Below are positions 10,657 through 20,469 of a stretch of 64,000 nt of DNA, piece after piece. Position 1 is the first letter of the stretch. Each line of letters begins with the position of its first letter. The DNA comes from Promethearchaeota archaeon (GTDB lineage: Archaea; Asgardarchaeota; Lokiarchaeia; Sigyniarchaeales; SOKP01). A program made the translations under genes and the position numbers. The notes under the pieces were generated by a model. It saw only the letters and a program-made list of their open reading frames with translations. It was not told where the DNA came from and made no database searches. The DNA lies in NCBI GenBank assembly GCA_019894975.1, contig JAGXNO010000016.1, positions 1-64,000 of the forward strand, in the 5' to 3' direction.

Positions 10657-11391
10657 TCACATATTTTGTAAAAGAATCCTTTCAAAAGTGTTTAACTCTT
10701 TCAAATAATTCTCTTTATATCTTTCTTCCCAGTTAGCGTTTATTATCATTTCTCTAAATGATTCAGCGTTGATTATAGATTTGAATTGTATAAGCAAAAG
10801 AGCTCGTATACCTCTAGGTTTTAAAATTCTATAATTGTCAATGCTATCCAATATATGAAATATTCTGTCTGGTTGTTGAGGAAATCTTTCCAAAACTCTT
10901 CTACATCCTTCTAATATCTCTTGATCTCTAGAGTTCATAAGAAGAATAAGGTTTTTTAAAATAGTATCTGGAAGATTCTTGAAATTTAAAAGTAAGTTCA
11001 ATGTGTTAATTTTAATTGGGATGTATTCGTCATTTAATGCGTTGCTTAGTAATTCAACAGTTTTTTCATTTAATTCTGACTTCTTAGATATTTTAGAAAT
11101 AGCTTGAATGATTTCGTTTCTTACCCATCTATCAGATTTATAATATACATCTTCTATAAATCGTAAATAATGGTCGGATAATTGTGTTAATTTACCCATT
11201 TCACCTAATATGAAGATTAAACTAAGTTTTATTTTAGCAAAGATCTGAGGATCTAAATTTTTAATAAAATAATCTAAGTATTCTAAATGTTTTGCATTCG
11301 GATTATCACTTAACTCAAGTAAAAAATCATTTATTGTTTCTGGATTTTTGGAGTTCTTTATTTCATCGAATTTTTGTTTTGTAAAGACCAT
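10657..11391 (-). CDS. HEAT/ARM-repeat protein
   Basis: HEAT-like helical repeats (SDRWVRNEIIQAI, ALNDEYIPIKINTL). Confidence 0.7.
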   Translation of the reverse strand: MVFTKQKFDEIKNSKNPETINDFLLELSDNPNAKHLEYLDYFIKNLDPQIFAKIKLSLIFILGEMGKLTQLSDHYLRFIEDVYYKSDRWVRNEIIQAISKISKKSELNEKTVELLSNALNDEYIPIKINTLNLLLNFKNLPDTILKNLILLMNSRDQEILEGCRRVLERFPQQPDRIFHILDSIDNYRILKPRGIRALLLIQFKSIINAESFREMIINANWEERYKENYLKELNTFERILLQNM

Positions 11392-11596
11392 ATCCCTAAA
11401 CTATTCTATTTATTTGGTAAAGCTAATCTTTCTAACTTTTATTCAGTTAATGAAATTGTTCTATCAATAAATATATCTAATTTGGATTATATACTTATGA
11501 ATGTTTAAGCTACTTAAAATTTTAAATATATTGTTAGAGGTGAAATGTAGAGATCAGAATTTAATAAAAAAGAAAGAAAAATAAATAATTTAAAAC

Positions 11597-11833
11597 TTAC
11601 TTTACTGCTTCAAAATAGATATACCACTGCTCGTCATCTTCAATGAATTCTGTTCCTAAATGTTTATGCTTAGTTTTAGCTAAATCTCGCGGAACAGATT
11701 CGCTTGCGGGTTTGTAGTCTGTTATTACTTTTAATACTGTACCAGGTCTCATTTTCATAAGCTGCTTTTTAGTTTTTAAAGCAGGTACAGGGCATACAGA
11801 GCCACAGACATTCAATTCCATATCAAAATTCAT
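11597..11833 (-). CDS. tusA: TusA-family sulfur carrier (second copy)
   Basis: L..CGSVCPVP.LKTKK motif, 78 aa; GAGGT RBS upstream. Confidence 0.92.
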   Translation of the reverse strand: MNFDMELNVCGSVCPVPALKTKKQLMKMRPGTVLKVITDYKPASESVPRDLAKTKHKHLGTEFIEDDEQWYIYFEAVK

Positions 11834-11869
11834 AATTTTATACCTCTTGGTAATTTTTATTTTATTTTT

Positions 11870-14338
11870 TTAATCACATATTAAAGTAAATATTGGTTCT
11901 TGCATTCCAGTATCAACCTTCATCTCAACTTGCATTAATTGGGCTAATCGAAGGGCTTCATATCGTACTTTTATAGGTTCTAGATTTAATTTTTTTGCCA
12001 TATCACTGATTGTAGTTGGTCCTTGAAGGGTAATGTAATCTAAAACTTGCTGTCTTGGAGTTTTTTCGAATGTTAAGAGTTCTCGCTTCGATTTAAGATT
12101 TATTGCTTTATTCAATTCTTCTTCATTTACTTCTCCTTTTTCAAATAAACCACTTTTAATGGCGTTATCAATTATTTCTTTTCCTTTATCAGTCCAAACT
12201 ACTACAGTTGTGTAACCCTTTTGAGATCCAACTTCACCTGCAGTTAAATCAGAATAAATCGCAGGAAAATCTTGACAATGTGAACAGAAATGATTACAAC
12301 TCAGACACCTACGCGTTTCCTGTAGAGCCATTTCTTCGTCAAACTTTTGGTCGATTTCTTCAAAACTCCATGCAATTTCTTCAGTCGCATCAGCTAAAGT
12401 CTCGGGTTTTAGTGAATAATCTTTAGGTGGTTTCTTTGGACCTCTGAAAAACATTTTATCTTGCTTATACCTTCCTTCTATTAAACTCTCGCCTTTTAGA
12501 TATCTATCAATTGAAATTGCAGCTTCTTTTCCGTGTGCTATTGCCGCAATAGCTACTGCTTTAGTATTGTTGATAATGTCTCCTCCTGCAAATACACCGG
12601 GCATATTAGTTTCAAACGTCACTTCGTTTACTTTTATCTTATTTCGTTCTTTTTCTAGTTTATTATCAGTAGCAACGTCGATTTGATCAAAATCTACAGC
12701 TTGACCAACAGCAATAACAATAGAATCAATAGGAATTTCATACTCTGAATCCTTGACTTGTTCTAATGATCTTTTTCCTTCTTTATCAGGAGCAGTCCAT
12801 TCAACTTTGTAACAATTCAACACTAATCTGTCATCATTCTTAGTAATTTTAGACGTAGATGTGGTAAAATGATATTCCATAAATTCACGTTCATTCTCAG
12901 GGATCTCTTTCAGAGTTAATTCAAGTTGTTCTTCAGACATGATATCGACAAGATGAATTTTTTCAGCACCTAATCTGAGCGCTGTTTGAGCAACATCGAC
13001 AGCAACAGGACCTCCACCGATTATGCCTACTGTTTTTCCCTCGAATTCTTCCTTGTTTTCCCAGTAGCGGTATTTTCTATCCATAAGAAATGTTATTGCT
13101 ACATGAACATTGGGTAAATTTTCACCTTCTAAGTGTAATGTTCTTGGCTTATATTGACCTGTAGCTATAAAAATTGCTTCAAATCCATCATTTTTTAAGT
13201 CATCAATCGTCATTTCGGGACCTAATGGTTTGTTAAGTACAATATCGACTCCAGAGTTTTTTATCATACTTACATCGTAATCTAATACATAATTTGGTAA
13301 TCGAAATTGCGGTACTCCGAATCTCAACATTCCGCCTGTTTGATCAGACTTTTCAAAAATCGTTGGTGCATACCCCATTCCTTTCAGAAAATATCCTGCT
13401 GTCAATCCAGCTGGACCAGATCCTATTATCGCAACTTTTTTTGCATTCTTCTTAGGTTTATTTGTAGATTTTGAATCAATCTTTTTCGATTGTTCAATTT
13501 CCCATTCTGTTACAAATTTCTTTAACTCCCGTATTGCTACAGGATGATCATCACCAATTAACGTACAACCATGTTCGCATTCATTAGTACAAATTCTTCC
13601 ACAAATCGAGGGAAGTGGATTATTTTCACGAATTAAATCTACAGCTTCTTGGTATTGTCCTTGTCTTATCAAAGATATATATCCCTGTGCATTCACACCT
13701 GATGGGCAACCACTACTGCATGGTGAGTATACCAATCCTTTATCGGATTGCTCAGTTCGCATATGAGAATTACAAAACAAACCAATCTTTAATATTTCCC
13801 TGTTCATATCTTCTTCTAGCTCAGCAGCACCTCTCATTTCACATGGAACACCTACAATTCCTACTGGTTCGAATGTCTCTCCGACTAAATCTACTAATTT
13901 TTCTAGAACTCCTGAACGGCCATAAACGACACCTGCTTTCTGTACGGCTTCATCTGGGTCGGACACTATATCTGCTTGAGGTCTTTCATCTACGTTTTGA
14001 ACCATCACAATTTCAGCAAGTGATTCGTTCTCTAATAGATTCTTTACTAATGTAGTTACCACGCCACCACTTGCCGCTTTTGATAAAATTTCAGGATTTT
14101 TGCTTCTCAATGAATACACAACTTTCGGTTGCTTTTCTTCAAATTTTTTCTGGATAACTTGAGGACAGCTTTGGTAACATTTACCACAATCTTGTCCATT
14201 TCTCTCAAGAATACAATAGTCTTTTAATGCTGGGCGTAGAATACTCATCTCAATATGTTTACACGAACCAGCACATAGTCCACATCCTTGACATAATCCT
14301 GCATCAATAATTTCTTTTCTTAATAATTCAAAACTCAT
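11870..14338 (-). CDS. Ferredoxin + FrhB/FdhB-like subunit with inserted GltD-type NAD(P)H flavoprotein and C-terminal winged HTH
   Basis: N-terminal CxxCxxCxxxC ferredoxin; FrhB motifs SGGVVT, GVPC, GLFC; GltD module (PC..GCP, ICGRIC..ECE..C, GSGPAG, GGMLRFGVP.FRLP, GGGPVA.D, VFAGGD, RRCLSC); then FrhB C-terminus (CSHCQD..SDLTAGEVGS..G.T.VVVWTDKG) and a wHTH. Confidence 0.88.
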   Translation of the reverse strand: MSFELLRKEIIDAGLCQGCGLCAGSCKHIEMSILRPALKDYCILERNGQDCGKCYQSCPQVIQKKFEEKQPKVVYSLRSKNPEILSKAASGGVVTTLVKNLLENESLAEIVMVQNVDERPQADIVSDPDEAVQKAGVVYGRSGVLEKLVDLVGETFEPVGIVGVPCEMRGAAELEEDMNREILKIGLFCNSHMRTEQSDKGLVYSPCSSGCPSGVNAQGYISLIRQGQYQEAVDLIRENNPLPSICGRICTNECEHGCTLIGDDHPVAIRELKKFVTEWEIEQSKKIDSKSTNKPKKNAKKVAIIGSGPAGLTAGYFLKGMGYAPTIFEKSDQTGGMLRFGVPQFRLPNYVLDYDVSMIKNSGVDIVLNKPLGPEMTIDDLKNDGFEAIFIATGQYKPRTLHLEGENLPNVHVAITFLMDRKYRYWENKEEFEGKTVGIIGGGPVAVDVAQTALRLGAEKIHLVDIMSEEQLELTLKEIPENEREFMEYHFTTSTSKITKNDDRLVLNCYKVEWTAPDKEGKRSLEQVKDSEYEIPIDSIVIAVGQAVDFDQIDVATDNKLEKERNKIKVNEVTFETNMPGVFAGGDIINNTKAVAIAAIAHGKEAAISIDRYLKGESLIEGRYKQDKMFFRGPKKPPKDYSLKPETLADATEEIAWSFEEIDQKFDEEMALQETRRCLSCNHFCSHCQDFPAIYSDLTAGEVGSQKGYTTVVVWTDKGKEIIDNAIKSGLFEKGEVNEEELNKAINLKSKRELLTFEKTPRQQVLDYITLQGPTTISDMAKKLNLEPIKVRYEALRLAQLMQVEMKVDTGMQEPIFTLICD

Positions 14339-14340
14339 CT

Positions 14341-15576
14341 TTATCCCTCTCTAATTTTAATTTCTTTTATAATCCCTTCTGAATCTATGCTATATTCTAC
14401 AGAACCATTTTTATAGGTTCCTTCAACCACTTCAAACACATGGGTTTTGTAATCTTCAAGATTATCTTCTGCATTGATTTTTGATTTAAATCCTCCAAAA
14501 AATACGTTTGATAAATTCATATTTCCCGCAATTTTTCGAATTTCTTCTGTTATTTCTTTATATTGTTCTGCGTTTTCATTTTTTATAGTATCATGTAGTT
14601 TTTCTTCTAAGGTTAAGAGATCTTTTCTATATTTTTTTGCCTGTTCACTAACCTCAATATCATTAGCTTGTTCATAAGTTTCAATTATCTTAAGTGTGAA
14701 TGAAATTGATTTATCTCCTCCTAGGAGTCCTGCAATTAAAGGTAATTCTTCAATTAATCTTCCCGTAAATAAATCTTCTAATAGGGTACCTGAGGATGGA
14801 ATTCTTCCTTTTGGCAAACCAGAGGTGGTTAATGTAAATCTAAAGAAATTTCCAAGGATATCTGGTAAGCTTCCGGTTACATCATCATCTTCATCAGCTA
14901 ATTTGTCTGTTGCTCCTTTTACAGAATGTTCAGTAGCAACTTCAATATTTCCCATGAGTGTTCCAAACATGCCAAGCATACGGATTCCAGGTCTTTCAAC
15001 TAATTTTTTACAACCTCTGCATGGTGTATTGTAATCAATACATCGTTCTTTACATTCTCTAGAAACAAAACCATTGCAAAGAAATCCTAAATCATTAAAA
15101 CAAGGCTCCTCATCTTCTAGTTCAATTTGACGATGTACATCATCTAAGTAATCACACGTAGCTCTTCTGGTGCACAGTTCACATAAATTTTTTGGTTTTG
15201 TTAACTCTTCCCCATTAATCATAGATAATAACTCTTCAACTTCCCCTAAACAACCTTCGATTTCAATAATATTGTCAATTAAACCTTTCAATGGAGTTAT
15301 ATCATGTCCACGCTGGTTTGCTAATGCAAAAACGCCACCTGTAACAGTGCAACTACCATAAGCTATAACCTTATTTGCATTAGATCTTATCTTACTGAGT
15401 AATTCTTTGTCATCAGGGAGTAAATATCCTGTTATCACAGCTGTTTCTATTTTTTCTTCTTTCCATGTTTTAGGATCTTTGATATATTCAACGTTTAAAT
15501 CTGAATTTAATTTCAATAGCAATGATTCGTTAAAACATTTATTACAACCATTAAATTGAAAAACTTTAACATCCAT
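14341..15576 (-). CDS. mvhG: MvhG/FrhG-like Fe-S protein (hydrogenase small-subunit homologue) with C-terminal extension
   Basis: GCNKC, YGSC..TGG, EGC, LCELC.R, CF...GFLC.G, C..RC...PCRGC cysteine pattern. Confidence 0.8.
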   Translation of the reverse strand: MDVKVFQFNGCNKCFNESLLLKLNSDLNVEYIKDPKTWKEEKIETAVITGYLLPDDKELLSKIRSNANKVIAYGSCTVTGGVFALANQRGHDITPLKGLIDNIIEIEGCLGEVEELLSMINGEELTKPKNLCELCTRRATCDYLDDVHRQIELEDEEPCFNDLGFLCNGFVSRECKERCIDYNTPCRGCKKLVERPGIRMLGMFGTLMGNIEVATEHSVKGATDKLADEDDDVTGSLPDILGNFFRFTLTTSGLPKGRIPSSGTLLEDLFTGRLIEELPLIAGLLGGDKSISFTLKIIETYEQANDIEVSEQAKKYRKDLLTLEEKLHDTIKNENAEQYKEITEEIRKIAGNMNLSNVFFGGFKSKINAEDNLEDYKTHVFEVVEGTYKNGSVEYSIDSEGIIKEIKIREG

Positions 15577-16018
15577 CTTTTATCGTCCCCTCTTCTTTAA
15601 TTGCGGTTGTTAGCCTGTCTACTATATCTTCAAAATCTCCAACCGCCGTTTCACCTTCAGCAGCTCTAGAAGTATATTGATTAATGAACTGATCACTATA
15701 ACCTAATTCCTTAAACAATTTTTTCATCAGCTTTATTCTATGCATTGACAAAATATTTCCATTGAAAAAATGACAAGCCCCTAAACAACATCCAACACAC
15801 GCAACAGCATCAGCACCGTTATTTAAAGCGTCCATAATTTGGATAGGACCAATTTGACCTGTACATTGTACTCGTATGATTCTTATAGCAGGGTTATAAC
15901 CCATTCGAGCAACTCCAGCAGTGTTAGCAGAACCCTGACCGCATTCATTACACATAAAAACTACTATATTTTGAATTTTTTCTTGAATTAATCCATCAGG
16001 TGTTTCACAGTCGCTCAT
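15566..16018 (-). CDS. mvhD: MvhD [2Fe-2S] adaptor subunit
   Basis: FMCNEC, IRIIRVQCTG, GADAV..VGC..G.CHF..GN; ATG at 16018 overlaps the hdrA stop (ATGA). Confidence 0.93.
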   Translation of the reverse strand: MSDCETPDGLIQEKIQNIVVFMCNECGQGSANTAGVARMGYNPAIRIIRVQCTGQIGPIQIMDALNNGADAVACVGCCLGACHFFNGNILSMHRIKLMKKLFKELGYSDQFINQYTSRAAEGETAVGDFEDIVDRLTTAIKEEGTIKDGC

Positions 16019-18045
16019 TCGCAAACAATACCTCCGCCAGATACGGCGATTATTTCATCTAATAATTGATCATCACTAAAATTTATTAACTGAATTGCTG
16101 CTGTAGGGCACACTGGCATACACATTCCACAAGATTTACAAGCAACCTCGTTTACGGTAGGTATTCCACTTTCATCAATATCAATCGCTGCTGGAGCACA
16201 TACAGTTTTACAAAGTCCACATTTTACACATAAATCATAATCTACTGAAGGAACCAGCATCTCTTTTTCAATATATCCTCTAACTAAAGGAGCAGCAGCT
16301 AATGCGGCAGCACTTCCAGCATGAGCCACAGTCTCAGAGATATCTTTAGGTCCCTGTATTGTACCTGCTAAGAAAATACCCCCCTTACTACTAAGAGTAG
16401 GATTCATCTTTATATGAAATTCTTTTAAAAATCCTTCTTGTGATCTCAGAACATGAAGCTTCGAACCAAGTGGACCAATTCCCTCAGGAGGAACCATAGC
16501 AGCAGAAAGTACCACTAGATCTGCATTTAATTGTAAAGGTGTTTGACTTAACGTATCCTCAACAATTACTTTTAACTCTCCTGATATTGGATCTCTAATA
16601 ATTTCAGATGGCCTTCCACGTATAAACCTAACTCCAATTTCTTGAGCAGATTTGTATAATTCTTCAAAGTTTAATCCTGGGGTTCTTATATCAATATAAC
16701 ATATCGATACATCCATATCAGGATACATTTCTTTTATGATTCTCGCATTTTTAATAGCGAACTTACAACATACTCCAGTACAATATTTATTTCCAACTTG
16801 GTCATTTCGACTTCCAACACATTGGATCATAACAACACTTTCAGGAATTTTTCCATCAGTGGGTCTTAGAACTTGACTATTAGTAAGTGACGTTGGAGAT
16901 AACATTCTCTCTAGCTTTAATTGAGTAATTACATCTTCATATCCTTCTTGTCCATAATGATAAGGTTCGATTTCAGTAGGATCATATTCTTGATACCCCG
17001 CAGCAACAATTATTGAGCCAACTTTTACGGTTTTGGTTTCTGATTCCATAGAGAAATCAACTGCTTGAACTGGGCAAATATTAATACATGTATTGCACTC
17101 AATACAATTTTTCTTATCCCTGACAAATGTGGCTGGTATTGCTTGAGGATACGCTTTATAGATAGCATTTCTCATAGACATCCCCTTATCCCATTCACTG
17201 GGTACTTCTACAGGACAGTTTGCTGCGCAATCACCACATGAAGTACAATTATCTTTAACATATCGCGGTTTTATTTCAATCTCAATCTCAAAATTTCCTA
17301 ATGAGCCTTCTACGCTTTTAACTTGAGCATTTGTATAGAGTTCTATTAAGGGGTGATTCGCAACTCCGTTAGTAAGTGGAGATATGGAACACTGTGGACA
17401 TTCTAATGTTGGGAATGTTTTATTCAATCGTGTCATATGACCGCCTATAGTAGAATCTCTTTCCACTAAAACTACTGGAATACCTAATTCTGCCATATCA
17501 AAGGCAGATCGTAACCCAGCTATACCTGCACCGATAACTAATGCCGCTTTAGTAGTTTCTACCCTCCTTGTTTCGACATCTTCCAATTTCCTTGATCGAT
17601 TCACTCCTGCTTCAACAAGTCTCATAGCTTTTTGAGTCGCTTTTTCTTTTTCTTTTTGGTGAACCCAACTATCGTACTCTCTTACATTAACCTGTTGATG
17701 ACGATGTTTGTTCAATCCAACTTCTTCAATTGCTTTAGCAAAAGTTCTTCCATGCTGGTTTTTAGAGCATGAAGCAACTACAGTTCTATTCACTCCGAGT
17801 TCTTCTATAGAATCTTTGACCATCTGTACTCCCGGCTTAGAGCACATAAACATATAATGCTCAGCTTTCACTACATTTGGTAATGTCGAAGCATATTCCG
17901 CAACTTTAGAAACGTCCACAGTTCCAGCAATGTTGTGCCCACAGTGACACACGAATACTCCGATTCGTGGTTCCTCGCTTTCTTCAGTCTCAACCATTTC
18001 CCCTAAATTTTCGGTTTCTTTAACTTTTCCTTCTTTTACAGTCAA
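16015..18045 (-). CDS. hdrA: Heterodisulfide reductase subunit A
   Basis: GVFVCHCG, GAGIAG, KTFPTLEC, inserted 2x[4Fe-4S], IQCVGSR..YC..VCC, FIRGRP, GPKDI, C-terminal ferredoxin; TTG start. Confidence 0.97.
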   Translation of the reverse strand: MTVKEGKVKETENLGEMVETEESEEPRIGVFVCHCGHNIAGTVDVSKVAEYASTLPNVVKAEHYMFMCSKPGVQMVKDSIEELGVNRTVVASCSKNQHGRTFAKAIEEVGLNKHRHQQVNVREYDSWVHQKEKEKATQKAMRLVEAGVNRSRKLEDVETRRVETTKAALVIGAGIAGLRSAFDMAELGIPVVLVERDSTIGGHMTRLNKTFPTLECPQCSISPLTNGVANHPLIELYTNAQVKSVEGSLGNFEIEIEIKPRYVKDNCTSCGDCAANCPVEVPSEWDKGMSMRNAIYKAYPQAIPATFVRDKKNCIECNTCINICPVQAVDFSMESETKTVKVGSIIVAAGYQEYDPTEIEPYHYGQEGYEDVITQLKLERMLSPTSLTNSQVLRPTDGKIPESVVMIQCVGSRNDQVGNKYCTGVCCKFAIKNARIIKEMYPDMDVSICYIDIRTPGLNFEELYKSAQEIGVRFIRGRPSEIIRDPISGELKVIVEDTLSQTPLQLNADLVVLSAAMVPPEGIGPLGSKLHVLRSQEGFLKEFHIKMNPTLSSKGGIFLAGTIQGPKDISETVAHAGSAAALAAAPLVRGYIEKEMLVPSVDYDLCVKCGLCKTVCAPAAIDIDESGIPTVNEVACKSCGMCMPVCPTAAIQLINFSDDQLLDEIIAVSGGGIVCE

Positions 18046-18046
18046 G

Positions 18047-18964
18047 TTAAATTGCCTCCTCTTCTTTTTCTAATTCTTCTCCCCCAAAAATATACTCTCT
18101 ACCCATTAATTGGTATTGAAGACCAATGAATTTTTGATCCATACCCATACAATAAGCAGTTAGTTGGGAAAGATGAATAACTGGATAATCATAATTACAA
18201 CTTTTATTTTTGTTTAGATAATCTTGACCTGTCTCATATTGTAAATGACAAAATGGACAAATATCAAGTATAATATCAGGTTTGACCTCATCGATATTTT
18301 TCATTTTTTCTCCGAAAATCGTCATACTTGCATTTCCGTCATAAGCTTTTACTCCACCACCAGCACCACAGCAAGTTAGTTGCTCTTTGAACCTAACTGA
18401 TTCGACCCCTAGGGCTTCCACAAATTCTTCTACAATTGTAGGGCTCTCAGAACTTTCGATCTCTCTAATTCTAGTTGGTTTTAAAAAATGGCAACCATAA
18501 TGGATTGCGGCTCGAATATTTACTTTTCTTACGATAACATCTTCTATACCCCATGGCCCAACTTCATACCCTAAAACTTCTGCTACATGACGTACATCAA
18601 TAGTACCTTTAAATTCGTAATCTCCGATTTCTTTTAATCGTTCGTTAACCATATTTCTATGTTCTTCATTTTCTTTCAAATGCTTATTAACTTCTTGAAG
18701 TGTACCAAAACAACCATTACATACAGTCAAAATATCCGCATCCAACTGTTCTGCTATACATAGATTTCTTGCCGCAGCAACCATCCAATCAACCTTGTTA
18801 AACGATCGAAAAACTCCTGGAGCCGGGCAGCATGTTGCTCTCTCCATATCTAAGAGTTCATATCCTAATTTATCCATTACAAATTTTGTTGATTTTTCTA
18901 TAGCAGGATATCGATTTGGCATCAAACATCCTAAAAAGAAAGCAAATGTCTTTTCTTTTACCAT
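18047..18964 (-). CDS. hdrB: Heterodisulfide reductase subunit B
   Basis: Two CCG domains: FLGC, CCPAPG, CNGC, HYGCH, CCGAGGG, CPFC. Confidence 0.97.
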   Translation of the reverse strand: MVKEKTFAFFLGCLMPNRYPAIEKSTKFVMDKLGYELLDMERATCCPAPGVFRSFNKVDWMVAAARNLCIAEQLDADILTVCNGCFGTLQEVNKHLKENEEHRNMVNERLKEIGDYEFKGTIDVRHVAEVLGYEVGPWGIEDVIVRKVNIRAAIHYGCHFLKPTRIREIESSESPTIVEEFVEALGVESVRFKEQLTCCGAGGGVKAYDGNASMTIFGEKMKNIDEVKPDIILDICPFCHLQYETGQDYLNKNKSCNYDYPVIHLSQLTAYCMGMDQKFIGLQYQLMGREYIFGGEELEKEEEAI

Positions 18965-18967
18965 ATT

Positions 18968-19522
18968 TTACTCATCCTCTTCCTTTTTTTCCTCCTTCAC
19001 GGGAGGTAAATCAAACATTTTATCTTCAATATTTTTTAAATCTTTATCATCCCCCTCCTGTTTGAATCTAAAAGCAGTAGGTGGAAGTTCTTCTAATCCT
19101 AATTCGACTCTTCGTTTTCGTACCTCATCATTTATAGGTACAGCATGTCCAAAATTCTTCAAATAACCTACAACAGCCCTATGGTTAGGCGAGATATTTC
19201 CTTTTTTAGTCGCATAATTTCGCAACTCCATAATTACATCTGTAGGTCTTACATCACGCGGACATCGTTCATAACATTGATAACATGTAGTACAGAGCCA
19301 AATATCTGGATCTTCTAATACTGATAAATCTCCCAAGACCACTTTTCTAATAATTGAACGGGTCTTTAAGGCAGTCCATCTTCCACTCTCGCAACTTGCG
19401 GTACACGTTCCACATTGGATACACTGCCAAATGTTAGATTTTCTCTCAATATTTTTAAAAAATTCCTTATCAAAATCATCGTCTGTCTTATATTCCCTTG
19501 ATTCTTCTTTTACATCAGACGT
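18968..19522 (-). CDS. hdrC: Heterodisulfide reductase subunit C (apparent ACG start)
   Basis: The frame stays open 60 codons upstream of the ORF-track start and contains CIQCGTCTASC; second motif WLCTTCYQCYERCPR. The first codon after the in-frame TGA TAA is ACG (19522), 6 nt downstream of GGTGA. Confidence 0.92.
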   Translation of the reverse strand, partial: TSDVKEESREYKTDDDFDKEFFKNIERKSNIWQCIQCGTCTASCESGRWTALKTRSIIRKVVLGDLSVLEDPDIWLCTTCYQCYERCPRDVRPTDVIMELRNYATKKGNISPNHRAVVGYLKNFGHAVPINDEVRKRRVELGLEELPPTAFRFKQEGDDKDLKNIEDKMFDLPPVKEEKKEEDE

Positions 19523-19575
19523 TTATCATCACCTTTATTTAAATATAAAATAAAAAAAAAATTGTTTTAATTAAT

Positions 19576-19998
19576 TTATAAACTAACTATTCGTCCACCA
19601 TTACTCATTTCTAAAAATGTGGCGGCTCCAACAGGTTCTTCAGCAATATCAATTATTTGTTCTGCCTTAATTTTCATTAAATCCATAGTCATCTGACATG
19701 GATATAATTTTAAATTACCACTCTCGACACCATCTTTAATCAATTGCCATGGATCTTCAATTCCAAATTTCTTCATCCTTTTACCAAATATCTTTGCCCC
19801 CATACCCTTCATAGGGGTAGGCATTCCAGCAACCTTAGGTTTAAACTTTTTAGTTAATAAGTTCAATCCCCAAAAGGTAAAGAAAAAATTCATTTTAATA
19901 TCCATAGCATCACCTGTTGAACCAAGGATAGCCATCATTGCAAATTTCTCGAATGACTTATCCTTGACAATAAAATTTATTGTTTCTGATTCTGCCAT
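19576..19998 (-). CDS. DsrE2-like (DsrE/DsrF/DsrH-like) sulfurtransferase
   Basis: FFTFWGL and YPCQMTMDLM..GAATFL motifs; GAGGTG RBS 6 nt before ATG 19998. Confidence 0.88.
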   Translation of the reverse strand: MAESETINFIVKDKSFEKFAMMAILGSTGDAMDIKMNFFFTFWGLNLLTKKFKPKVAGMPTPMKGMGAKIFGKRMKKFGIEDPWQLIKDGVESGNLKLYPCQMTMDLMKIKAEQIIDIAEEPVGAATFLEMSNGGRIVSL

Positions 19999-20111
19999 AT
20001 ATGACACCTCTTTTTTTTTTTTTATTATTTTTTTTGTTTAGTAGTAATTTATTTCTGGTATTACCAGGTTTTACTAAAAATCTTTTAAGATTAATTTTTT
20101 TAATGTTTAAG

Positions 20112-20453
20112 CTACATCCAAGAAATGACCTTAGGAGTAGCGTCTATAACATCTATAAGATCGTCGTATTCTATAGATTTAATTTTACTATGAATAAATT
20201 CTGGATCTATTCCACGAGCTATTGTATCAGATTTCATTGCAAATACAGCAACATCTAAATCAAGTAGTTCTTCCATTTGTTTGGGAATTTTTCCCTTTGT
20301 TGAAATACCTATTACTCCGTCTTGAATTAATGCTAATCCAAGTTTAGTGTTCTTTTTAATCTGACTTTTTAATATGGGTAGTAATCTCCTCAATTGATTT
20401 CCTGCCAATCCACTAAATCCAAATAAATATATCATATCAAGATTGTTTGTCAT
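20112..20453 (-). CDS. dsrH: DsrH/TusB family sulfur relay protein
   Basis: LIQDGV..., D..ARGI, I.YDDLID, terminal ISW. Confidence 0.88.
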   Translation of the reverse strand: MTNNLDMIYLFGFSGLAGNQLRRLLPILKSQIKKNTKLGLALIQDGVIGISTKGKIPKQMEELLDLDVAVFAMKSDTIARGIDPEFIHSKIKSIEYDDLIDVIDATPKVISWM

Positions 20454-20469
20454 TATCTTTTATCCTCCA

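Noticed and set aside
15566-19522. Selenocysteine-containing HdrA/MvhD, as known in some Lokiarchaeia
   Set aside because: No in-frame TGA inside these genes; the motif positions are Cys. The TGA TAA before hdrC lies upstream of the coding region.
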